From the NCBI GenBank assembly GCA_046484865.1, contig JAWOID010000026.1, forward strand, positions 1 through 46,308: a stretch of DNA of 46,308 bases, in the 5' to 3' direction. The position numbers and the translations under genes were made by a program. The first letter of the stretch is position 1; each line of letters opens with the position of its first letter. The notes beneath the pieces were generated by a model, which saw only the letters and a program-made list of their open reading frames with translations, ran no database searches and was not told the origin of the DNA. Shown piece by piece: positions 8,134-16,169 of the stretch. This DNA is from Candidatus Krumholzibacteriia bacterium. GTDB lineage: Bacteria; Krumholzibacteriota; Krumholzibacteriia; LZORAL124-64-63.

Positions 8134-9635
8134 CGCCGGTGCGAAAGCCGGCAGACGACCGCGGGCGGCAGGCAGTGCAGCGCCTCAGGGGCGTCGCCCT
8201 CGCGCTGGCGCTGGCGCCGGCGCTGGCGCTGGCGTCCGGCACGGAGGCGACGCTGGACGTCGAGCCCATCCTCGATCCGGAAGCCGCCTGGCTGGAGGCC
8301 GCGGCGGCGCGGGAGCTGGCGGGACGCGATCGTCACCACCAGGCGGCGCGCTCGTTCCTCGACGCCCTCGCCCACGACGCCCGCCTGGTCCCGGACATCG
8401 TGGACGAGCTGGCCTACCAGAAGCTGTGGCGCGAGGATGCCGACCGGGCCATCTTCTACTTCCGTCGCTACCTGGCGCGACAGGAGGGCGACAGCCCGCG
8501 CGACGCGCGCAAGGGGCTGGCCCTGGCGCTCAGCTGGAGCGGACGGCAGCCCGAGGCCGTGACGCTCTACCGGGAACTGGCGGCGGAGGATCCGGCCGAT
8601 GCCGGCGCCCAGCTCGGCCTGGGCCGCTCGCTGCTCTGGAACAACCAGCTGCGTGCGGGTTTCCGGGAGCTGCGCGCGGTGGAAACACGCTGGGCCGGCG
8701 AACCGGCAGGCCGTGAGACCGGCCGCTTCCTGCTGCAGGTGCTCGACGAGTACACCACGCCGGCCGCGCTGCGGGTGGACGCGAGCTGGGATTCCGACGA
8801 CCTCGACATCTATCGCACCGCCCTGAGCGGAGCGTGGACGACGGCGGGAGACGCCCTGCTCGAGGTCCGACCCTCGTACGCCTGGTACCGGCAGCCGGGG
8901 CGTCCCGACGTGGAGGCGCCGCGCCTCACCCTGGGACTGGTGGCGCCGCTGAGCCACCGCTGGACCCTGCACGCGTACGGCTGGGTGGACCACTTCCGCA
9001 GCGACGCGCCCCTGAACGGCGGCGACGACCTCGACTGGACGCAGCTCGGCGGCGACGCCTGGCTCACCTGGATCGCCCACCCCCGCCTGAGGCTCGATCT
9101 CGGCGGCACGGTGCAGCCGGTGGAGACGATGACCGCGCTGGGACAGGAGCTGAACCTGCGCCAGGTCAGCCTGTCCGCCGACGCACGGCTCACCCGCCAC
9201 TTGCTCGCCGTGGTGGCGGGACAGGTGGCCGACTACACCGACGACAACGTCCGGCGTGTGGGCTCGGCCCGATTGCTCTGGCGGCACGAGGGTCCGGTGG
9301 AATGGCGGCTGGGTCCGTCGGTGACCACCATGGACTTCGAGACTCCCTACCCGGGCGGGTACTGGGCACCCGACTGGATGCGCAACGTGGCGGTGGAGGG
9401 CAGCGCACTGGTGCGCACCGGCCGCTGGGTGCTGCGGGCCGAGGCGCGCTACGGCCGCGAGCGGGAGGCCGGTTCCGACGCCATCGCGGTGGGCGGCGGC
9501 GCCGCTCACGTCGGCTGGCGACTCTCGCCCGGCGCCCTGCTGTCCATCGATGCGGGCTACAGCAAGTCGCGTCTCGCCACCGCCAGCGGCTGGAGTCGCA
9601 CCTTCGCCGGGCTGGCGCTGCGCTTCTTCTACTGA
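8130..9635 (+). CDS. TPR plus outer-membrane beta-barrel protein (PgaA-like export porin)
   Basis: ATGA overlap with pgaC; signal peptide; TPR-like helices (GLALALSWSGRQPEA, GLGRSLLW); amphipathic beta strands ending in aromatic LRFFY. Confidence 0.7.
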   Translation: MTPVRKPADDRGRQAVQRLRGVALALALAPALALASGTEATLDVEPILDPEAAWLEAAAARELAGRDRHHQAARSFLDALAHDARLVPDIVDELAYQKLWREDADRAIFYFRRYLARQEGDSPRDARKGLALALSWSGRQPEAVTLYRELAAEDPADAGAQLGLGRSLLWNNQLRAGFRELRAVETRWAGEPAGRETGRFLLQVLDEYTTPAALRVDASWDSDDLDIYRTALSGAWTTAGDALLEVRPSYAWYRQPGRPDVEAPRLTLGLVAPLSHRWTLHAYGWVDHFRSDAPLNGGDDLDWTQLGGDAWLTWIAHPRLRLDLGGTVQPVETMTALGQELNLRQVSLSADARLTRHLLAVVAGQVADYTDDNVRRVGSARLLWRHEGPVEWRLGPSVTTMDFETPYPGGYWAPDWMRNVAVEGSALVRTGRWVLRAEARYGREREAGSDAIAVGGGAAHVGWRLSPGALLSIDAGYSKSRLATASGWSRTFAGLALRFFY

Positions 9636-9693
9636 GGACGAACGGCTCCGGCGACGCGGGCCGCGCCGGACGATAGCGCCGGGAGAGACGACG

Positions 9694-10941
9694 ATGACCC
9701 CTCGGCCGAACCAGCCACCGCTGAGCGGACTCTGTGCGCCGGCCGCACGGCCCCGGGATGCACGGGATCCGCGGGACGCACGGGATGCCCGGAACGTCCG
9801 GGACGCCGGGAACGTCCTGGGTGCGCGCCGCGTGCGGCGCGCCGGCAGGTGGGCCGCGCCGCTAGCGCCGGCGATCGTGCTCGTGCTCGTGCTCCTGCTC
9901 GCGCTGCTGCTCCTGATCCTGCTCGCCGCCGCCGGCTGCGGCAAGGGCGACCTCGAGCCGGCCGCCCGCGCCGGGTCTCAGGAACTGGACCCGCCGCACC
10001 TGGCCGAGGGGGAGTTCGCCCTCGCCCCCGGCGCCGTGCCGGTCCTCTGCTACCACTACTTCCGCAGAGGCCTCGACCCGCTCTACCTGGCGCGAGTGGT
10101 CGGCGCCGTCGTCCTGGGCATGCCCACCCTGGGACCCCGCGAGTTCTGGACCACTCCCATCGGCGAGTTCGAGCGGCACCTGCGCTACTTTCGCGACACC
10201 GGCGTGGCCGTGCTCACCCTGGACGAGATCGCCGAGCGGCGCGACGCCGGCGAGCCGCTGCCGTCGCGGGCGGTGGTGATCACCATCGACGACGCCGATC
10301 GCAGCGTCTACACGCTGGCCTATCCTCTGCTGCGGGAGTACGGCGCGCGGGCCCACCTCTTCGTGCCCACGGCGCAGATGGGAACGGGCTGGGCGGGTAT
10401 CGAGGTGTGCACGCCCGCCATGCTGCGCGAGATGGCGTCGACGGGCACCATGATCATGGGCTCGCACACCCATGATCTCCACGCCAAGATCTCCACGCGC
10501 GGCGGCCCCGAGCCGGTCTTCTGGCATCCGGCCGCGATACCGGTGGCCACCCGTCAATCCGCCTGGGACGAATTGCGGCGCCTCGCACCGGCGCGCGCCC
10601 TCGAACCGGACCTGCTTGACGGTACCTGGGCGCCGGTGGCGGTGGACCTGGCCGCCAGCCGCGCCCGGCTGGCCGCGCTGATCGGCACCGCGCCGCTCTA
10701 CCTGGCCTGGCCGTACGGCTTCGCCGACGGGGAACTGGACAGCGTGGCCGGAGCCGTGGGCTTCGCCGGCACGGTGAGCCTGCGTCGCGCCGCCTGGGAT
10801 CCGGACGACTCACCCTGGCACATCGGTCGGTTCACGCTGACGGCCAAGACCACGCTGGACCAGATCGCCGCCCTGTTCCCGTCCGACGCGTCGGACGCGA
10901 CGGGCGCGGCGGGCGGCGCTCCGGTCGCGGTCCTGCCGTGA
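9694..10941 (+). CDS. Lipoprotein polysaccharide deacetylase (CE4, IcaB/PgaB N-domain-like)
   Basis: Lipobox LAAAGC; VLCYH, VVITIDD, GSHTHDLH, LAWPYG motifs; start codon uncertain. Confidence 0.85.
   Translation: MTPRPNQPPLSGLCAPAARPRDARDPRDARDARNVRDAGNVLGARRVRRAGRWAAPLAPAIVLVLVLLLALLLLILLAAAGCGKGDLEPAARAGSQELDPPHLAEGEFALAPGAVPVLCYHYFRRGLDPLYLARVVGAVVLGMPTLGPREFWTTPIGEFERHLRYFRDTGVAVLTLDEIAERRDAGEPLPSRAVVITIDDADRSVYTLAYPLLREYGARAHLFVPTAQMGTGWAGIEVCTPAMLREMASTGTMIMGSHTHDLHAKISTRGGPEPVFWHPAAIPVATRQSAWDELRRLAPARALEPDLLDGTWAPVAVDLAASRARLAALIGTAPLYLAWPYGFADGELDSVAGAVGFAGTVSLRRAAWDPDDSPWHIGRFTLTAKTTLDQIAALFPSDASDATGAAGGAPVAVLP
9754..9816 (+). repeat. 9-bp tandem repeat x7 (CGGGAYGCM-like)
   Basis: cgggatgca/cgggatccg/cgggacgca/cgggatgcc/cggaacgtc/cgggacgcc/gggaacgtc. 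Confidence 0.8.
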
Positions 10942-11363
10942 CCGCCGAGGTCGTGCCGGTGAACGACCGGGTCGCCATTCCCCTGGCCGAGATCGCCCTC
11001 GTCGCCAGCCGATCGTCGGGGCCCGGCGGTCAGCACGTGAACAAGGCGGAGACCCGCATCCAGCTGCGCTGGAACCTGCTGGAATCGGCGGTCCTCACCG
11101 ACCGCGATCGGGACCTGGCAGCCACGCGGCTGGCGTCGCGCCTGACGCGAGAGGGCGAACTGGTCCTGGAGTGCGAGTCGCACCGCAGCCAGAAACGCAA
11201 CCGTGACGAGTGCCTGGAGAGGCTGGCCGAGATCATGCGGGCGGCGCTGCACCGGGACCCGCCCCGCCGGAAGACCCGCCCTACCAAGGCGTCCGAAGAG
11301 AGGCGGATCCAGGAGAAGAAGCGGCGCGGCCAGATCAAGCGTCTGCGCAAGGAGCCCGACTAG
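10938..11363 (+). CDS. arfB: Alternative ribosome rescue peptidyl-tRNA hydrolase
   Basis: SSGPGGQHVNK, RSQKRNR, basic tail RRKTRPTKASEERR. Confidence 0.95.
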   Translation: MTAEVVPVNDRVAIPLAEIALVASRSSGPGGQHVNKAETRIQLRWNLLESAVLTDRDRDLAATRLASRLTREGELVLECESHRSQKRNRDECLERLAEIMRAALHRDPPRRKTRPTKASEERRIQEKKRRGQIKRLRKEPD

Positions 11364-11758
11364 CCCGCCTGCAGGGGCTGCACCCAGACGCGCCGGCGAC
11401 GCGGCCCGTCGAATTCACAGAACCAGAGCTTCTGCCAGGTACCCAGCTGCAGCCGCCCGCCGGCCACGATCACGTGGACGCTGCTGCCGAACAGGCTGGC
11501 CTTGATGTGGGCGGCGGAGTTCCCCTCCGCATGGCGATAGCCGTCCTCGAACGGGACGATCTTCGCCAGTTCCATGTCCAGATCCCGGACGACGTCGGGA
11601 TCGGCGCCCTCGTTGATGGTGACGGCAGCGGTCGTGTGCGGCACGAAGACCACCACGGCACCGTCGGCCAGCCCGAGCTTCGCGACGGCATCCTGAACCT
11701 CGCCGGTGACGTCCTCGAAGGCCGTCCGCCCGCCGGTCTCGACCGTGAACTCCTGCAT
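11360..11758 (-). CDS. yjbQ: YjbQ/UPF0047 family protein
   Basis: HTTAAVTINE, YRHAEGNSAAHIK, LGTWQ..FCEFDGPR; ATG at 11758 with GAGGAG RBS. Confidence 0.92.
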   Translation of the reverse strand: MQEFTVETGGRTAFEDVTGEVQDAVAKLGLADGAVVVFVPHTTAAVTINEGADPDVVRDLDMELAKIVPFEDGYRHAEGNSAAHIKASLFGSSVHVIVAGGRLQLGTWQKLWFCEFDGPRRRRVWVQPLQAG

Positions 11759-11951
11759 GGTGGACTCCTCCCCCGTCCGCGCCCAGGCGGCACCGGCGTG
11801 GCACCGCTTCCGGGCGATGCTAGCCCGGTCACGGAGCGGATGCAACTCGCTAACATCACGCGTTATTCCACGCAAATCGCTTCAGGCTCCTGGCCATGAT
11901 GCCGAGCTCTCCTTTACGCTCCGGCGCACCAGATTTCTGGCTCGGGGGGTC

Positions 11952-11980
11952 TTGACACGCAACCGTGGCGGCCCGATCAT
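11952..11980 (+). promoter_or_regulatory. Putative sigma70 promoter
   Basis: Perfect TTGACA, 17-bp spacer, GATCAT, about 100 bp upstream of 12081. Confidence 0.4.
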
Positions 11981-12080
11981 TCTGGCCGCACGGCGCGATT
12001 CACCGAACCATGCCGGAACCCGAAGCCTGCGGCGGACCGTCGCAGCCTGAACCGAGCCGGCCATCGAGGAAGGTCGAGGG

Positions 12081-12359
12081 ATGACCCCGAGGAATCGTCC
12101 GGAAGAACAGGAAGAGAAGCCCGGCAGCAAGCGGCGCCGCTCTGCCACGTCTTCCGCGCCCGTGAAGCGCCAGTTCGAGCGCAAGGAAGAGACTCCCCGC
12201 CCTCGCACCCGGCGTCCCGGAATCGGCGACGAGTGGGACGAGGACTGGGACGACGCCGACCTGGGCGACGATCTCGACGACGACCTCGACGACGACCTCA
12301 TCCTGGACGAGGACGAGGAACTCGACGAACTCGATGGTTTCGAGGACGACTTGCTTTGA
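12081..12359 (+). CDS. Small disordered protein with basic N-half and poly-Asp/Glu C-half
   Basis: 92 aa; GAGG upstream of ATG; GC3-rich codon use; stop overlaps a TTG in the speB frame. Confidence 0.65.
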   Translation: MTPRNRPEEQEEKPGSKRRRSATSSAPVKRQFERKEETPRPRTRRPGIGDEWDEDWDDADLGDDLDDDLDDDLILDEDEELDELDGFEDDLL

Positions 12360-13303
12360 CGGGTGAGCCGGGAGCCGGACCTCCATCGCCTCGGTCACCG
12401 GCCACGGTTCCTCTCTCCTGGCCTCTGCATACCGATCCGGCGGCCTTCGGCGACCTGCCGGCGCCGCCGGATCCGGTCTCCGCCCGCTTCGCGGTGCTGC
12501 CCATCCCCTACGACGGATCCGCGACCTGGAAGCGCGGCGCCTCGCGCGCTCCCGAGGCCATCCTGGCGGCCAGCCGGCAGCTCGAGCGCTACGACATCGA
12601 GACCCGCACCGAACCCTGCGCGGCCGGCATCGTGACCATGGCACCCGTGACGGAAGCCGGCTCTCCCGAAGCACAGGTGGACGCCACCCGCGCCGCCTGT
12701 CTCTCCCTGATCGACGCCGGCAAGACCGTGGTGGGCCTCGGCGGCGACCATTCGGTGGCCATCGGCCTGGTCCGCGCCCACGCCGAGCGCTACCCCGGTT
12801 TGAACGTCCTGCAGATCGACGCCCACGCCGATACCCGCGACACCTACGAGGGCTCCCCCTGCAATCATGCCTGCATCATGGCCCGCGCCCGCGAGGTGGC
12901 CCCGGTGGTGCAGGTCGGCCTGCGGGCGATCGACCGCTCCGAACTGCGGGGACTCGACCCGGCGCGCACGTTCTACGCGCACCGGATCACGCCGTTCGCC
13001 GACCCTGCCCAGGCATGGGTCCAGCGGGTGGTGGCGAGGCTCGACGGCCCCGTCTACGTCACCATCGACGTCGACGCGCTCGATCCCTCCGAGATGCCGG
13101 CCACCGGCACGCCCGAACCGGGCGGCCTGTCGTATCGCCAGATCACCCGGCTGCTGGACCACGTCGCCCGCCGGCACCAGGTGGTCGGTTTCGACGTCTG
13201 CGAGTTGCTCCCCCTGCCGGGACTGCACGCGGCCGAGTACCTGGCGGCGCGCCTCGTCTACCAGATCATGGGCTACCTGGTGAGGGAGCAACGGCAAGAC
13301 TGA
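12356..13303 (+). CDS. speB: Agmatinase (ureohydrolase family)
   Basis: GGDHS, DAHAD, DVDALDP, TGTPEPGG; start uncertain (TTG at 12356 overlaps upstream stop). Confidence 0.88.
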   Translation: MTGEPGAGPPSPRSPATVPLSWPLHTDPAAFGDLPAPPDPVSARFAVLPIPYDGSATWKRGASRAPEAILAASRQLERYDIETRTEPCAAGIVTMAPVTEAGSPEAQVDATRAACLSLIDAGKTVVGLGGDHSVAIGLVRAHAERYPGLNVLQIDAHADTRDTYEGSPCNHACIMARAREVAPVVQVGLRAIDRSELRGLDPARTFYAHRITPFADPAQAWVQRVVARLDGPVYVTIDVDALDPSEMPATGTPEPGGLSYRQITRLLDHVARRHQVVGFDVCELLPLPGLHAAEYLAARLVYQIMGYLVREQRQD

Positions 13304-13324
13304 CCCCGCCGAGCTCGGCCCCAG

Positions 13325-13354
13325 TTGACGGCGACCGTTCGATCCGGCTATGAT
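13325..13354 (+). promoter_or_regulatory. Putative sigma70 promoter
   Basis: TTGACG, 18-bp spacer, TATGAT upstream of 13403. Confidence 0.5.
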
Positions 13355-13402
13355 GGCCGGGATCTCGATGGCTGACGACTCCCGTGGGAAAGGTCTCGGA
13401 TC

Positions 13403-14164
13403 ATGAGACACCATCAACCGATGGCGGCTTCCGGCTGCCTCCTCCTCGCGCTCCTCACGATCTCCGGCTGCAGCGACGGCTCCGACCCGCTCGAACCCGA
13501 ACCCTTCTCCGTGACCATCGAGGTGGTGGATGCCGCGGGTGATCCGGTCGAAGGGCTGCGCGTGAGCCTCAGCCCCGACGTGGCCGGGGTGGAGTGGCCG
13601 TTCCCCGCCGGGACGGCGGCTCCCGGGGCGACCCATCCGACTTCGGTGCCGCCGCCCGCCAGGACCGAGGTGACGGTCGAGGACGTCGCCGGCAGGCCGG
13701 TCTACTCGCAGACGTTCACGGAAGCACCCGTGCAGTTCACCTGGTCCGGCGTGGACGACGCGGGCGACCACGTCCACGACGGCTGGTACGAGATGACCGC
13801 CATGGTGTTCGAACAGGGCGGCAACGTGCCGAGCGCGGTGGTCACCCATCCGCTCCTGCTCCTCACCGGCACGCCCGAGGTGTCGTCGGCCGGCACCACC
13901 GGCGCCGACGGGCGCCTGATCGTGACCGACCGCACGTACGTGCCGGCTTTCTGGGACCCCGCACCCATGCCGCACACGGACGAACAGGGCAACGTGATCG
14001 GCGAGATCACGATCACCACGGCCACCCGGGTCGTCCTGCTGGCGGACGACGGAGCGGTCATGACGCACGTGTTCGAGGCGGTCGACGGACCGCAGACGGT
14101 CCCGATCGTCTGGACACCGAAGCCACGAGACCTGGATTCCGTCGTCGTCGGCGCCATGCGGTAG
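13403..14164 (+). CDS. Lipoprotein with beta-rich, FlgD-Ig-like segment
   Basis: Lipobox ISGC; FTWSGVDDAGDHVHDGWY resembles the FlgD Ig WDG.D..G..V..G.Y pattern; start may be 13421. Confidence 0.7.
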   Translation: MRHHQPMAASGCLLLALLTISGCSDGSDPLEPEPFSVTIEVVDAAGDPVEGLRVSLSPDVAGVEWPFPAGTAAPGATHPTSVPPPARTEVTVEDVAGRPVYSQTFTEAPVQFTWSGVDDAGDHVHDGWYEMTAMVFEQGGNVPSAVVTHPLLLLTGTPEVSSAGTTGADGRLIVTDRTYVPAFWDPAPMPHTDEQGNVIGEITITTATRVVLLADDGAVMTHVFEAVDGPQTVPIVWTPKPRDLDSVVVGAMR

Positions 14165-14345
14165 CCGCGCCCCCTCGGGACCTCGAAAACAGCTCCAGAT
14201 CCGACCGGCCCCGGTCGCACCCCGCCGGGGCCGGCGCGCGTCTGCGGACCGGTGTTCGCGCACGGCCTCCCCCACGGGCTATATTGCACCGCCCGCCCCA
14301 AGGGCGTGGGCGACGGCGGCGCGCGCGTGGCCGGACGGCACCGGC

Positions 14346-15518
14346 ATGTCACCTTCTCCGGGAGCAGCCGTGTTTCTGTACCAGGAGACCAGGCAGTACT
14401 TCGCACAGATCTCCGGCGGGCTCGAGGAGCTCGGCGCGGCCGAGCTGACGGCCCTCGGCGCCACCGACGTGCGGGAGGCGCACCGCGGCATCCGCTTCAC
14501 CGCCGATCCGGCCATCCTCTACCGGGTCAACTACCGCGCCCGGCTGGTGAGCCGGGTGCTCGCGCCGCTGGTCCGGTTCGGCTGCCACAATCCCGATTAC
14601 CTGTACCGGCGGGCCCGGGAGATCGACTGGACGGCGATCCTGCGGCCCGACCAGACCTTCGCCGTGTTCGCCAACCTAGCGCAGAGCAAGATCAGCCACA
14701 GCCAGTTCGCATCCCTGCGGGTGAAGGACGCTGTCGCCGACCGGTTCCGCGAGCACCTCGGCAAGCGACCGAACGTGGACACCCAGGAGCCGGACCTCTG
14801 GATCCACCTGCACCTCGCTCGCGACGTGGCCACCGTGAGCCTCGACACCTCCGGCGGTTCGCTACACCGGCGCGGCTACCGTCAGGAGCAGGGCGAGGCG
14901 CCGATGCAGGAGACGGTGGCCGCCGCCATCCTGGACCTCGCCGGGTGGGACGGCGGCCGGCCGCTGTACGATCCCATGTGCGGCGCGGGCACCCTGCTGG
15001 GCGAGGCGACCCTGAAGCACGCGCGGGTGCCGGCCGGCTTCCTGCGCGCGCGCAGCGGCAAGTTCGGGTTCACGATGCTGCCCGACTTCGACGCCAGGGT
15101 CTGGCACGACGAGAAGCAGGCGGCCGACGGGGAGATATGCGAGGTCGCCGCCGGCCGGATCCGCGGCAGCGACGTCGACCCACGGGCGGTGGGAATGGCC
15201 CGCCGCAACCTTGGCCGGCTGCCCGGCGGCGGGACCGTGCCGGTGTTCGCCGCCGATTTCCGCGACCTGCCCGCGCTCGACGGTCACGTCATCGTCTGCA
15301 ACCCGCCCTACGGACTCCGCATGGGGAAGGGCAGCGACATCGGCGCCTTCTACGGCGAGCTGGGCGACTTCCTGAAGCAGCGCTGCACCGGCAGCGAGGC
15401 GTACGTCTACTTCGGCGACCGCGAGCTGATCAAGAAGGTGGGCCTGCGCCCCGCCTGGAAGCGACCGCTGTCCAACGGCGGTCTCGACGGCCGGCTGGTG
15501 AAGTACGATCTGTACTGA
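14346..15518 (+). CDS. THUMP-domain class I SAM-dependent RNA methyltransferase (RlmL/RlmK-like)
   Basis: SLHRRGYR, APMQETVAA, DPMCGAGT, NPPYG. Confidence 0.92.
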   Translation: MSPSPGAAVFLYQETRQYFAQISGGLEELGAAELTALGATDVREAHRGIRFTADPAILYRVNYRARLVSRVLAPLVRFGCHNPDYLYRRAREIDWTAILRPDQTFAVFANLAQSKISHSQFASLRVKDAVADRFREHLGKRPNVDTQEPDLWIHLHLARDVATVSLDTSGGSLHRRGYRQEQGEAPMQETVAAAILDLAGWDGGRPLYDPMCGAGTLLGEATLKHARVPAGFLRARSGKFGFTMLPDFDARVWHDEKQAADGEICEVAAGRIRGSDVDPRAVGMARRNLGRLPGGGTVPVFAADFRDLPALDGHVIVCNPPYGLRMGKGSDIGAFYGELGDFLKQRCTGSEAYVYFGDRELIKKVGLRPAWKRPLSNGGLDGRLVKYDLY

Positions 15519-15536
15519 TGCCCGGTCGTCGCCGGC

Positions 15537-16079
15537 TCAGGACACCTCGAAATCGTGCGGTCCCGGCCGCTCCACCCCCGCGAGGCTCGACGCTCCCGCC
15601 CCGGCGCCCCGGCGCACCACGCTGAACGAGCCGTCGGTCTCCAGGATGACGGCCTCCACCCCCTCCAGATCCGCCAGACCGGCCGCGCGCACCGCCGCCC
15701 GCCCCTCGTCCTCGGTGACCCGCGCCCGCCGCAGCGCCGCCGACAGGAAGGTGCCCCGGTACAGCAGCAGCGCCGGCTCTCCCGTGACCAGGCGCCGCAC
15801 CCAGCCGGCGCGGACGCTCGACCACGTGACCACGAACTGCATGCCGATGAGGAGAGCGAGCGCCAGGGCGCCCTGGGCCAGACTCACGTCCTGGTTCAGG
15901 AGGATGGTGGCGAGCGTGGAGCCGAGGGCCACGGTCACCACGAAATCGAAGGCGTTCATCTTCGAGAGGGTGCGCCGGCCGGAAATCCGCAGGAAGAAGA
16001 TCAGGCTGACGTAGGCGAGCACACCGATCGATGCCGTCCTCGCCAGAGCCGGCCAGCCGTTGAACAGGACCTGGTCCAA
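15537..16079 (-). CDS. DUF421/YetF family membrane protein
   Basis: LRISGRRTLSKMNAFDFVVTVALGS, LETDGSFSV; TTG start. Confidence 0.88.
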   Translation of the reverse strand: MDQVLFNGWPALARTASIGVLAYVSLIFFLRISGRRTLSKMNAFDFVVTVALGSTLATILLNQDVSLAQGALALALLIGMQFVVTWSSVRAGWVRRLVTGEPALLLYRGTFLSAALRRARVTEDEGRAAVRAAGLADLEGVEAVILETDGSFSVVRRGAGAGASSLAGVERPGPHDFEVS

Positions 16080-16169
16080 ACGGTACCTCGCTTCCCGGCT
16101 ACGCCGTGGCGGCCCCCGGCGGCGGTGCGGGGAGGGGACCGCCCATCCGCGCGACCGCCGGTGCGGCCG

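Noticed and set aside
11799..11815. Sigma54 promoter (TGGCAC)
   Set aside because: No TTGC at the -12 position.
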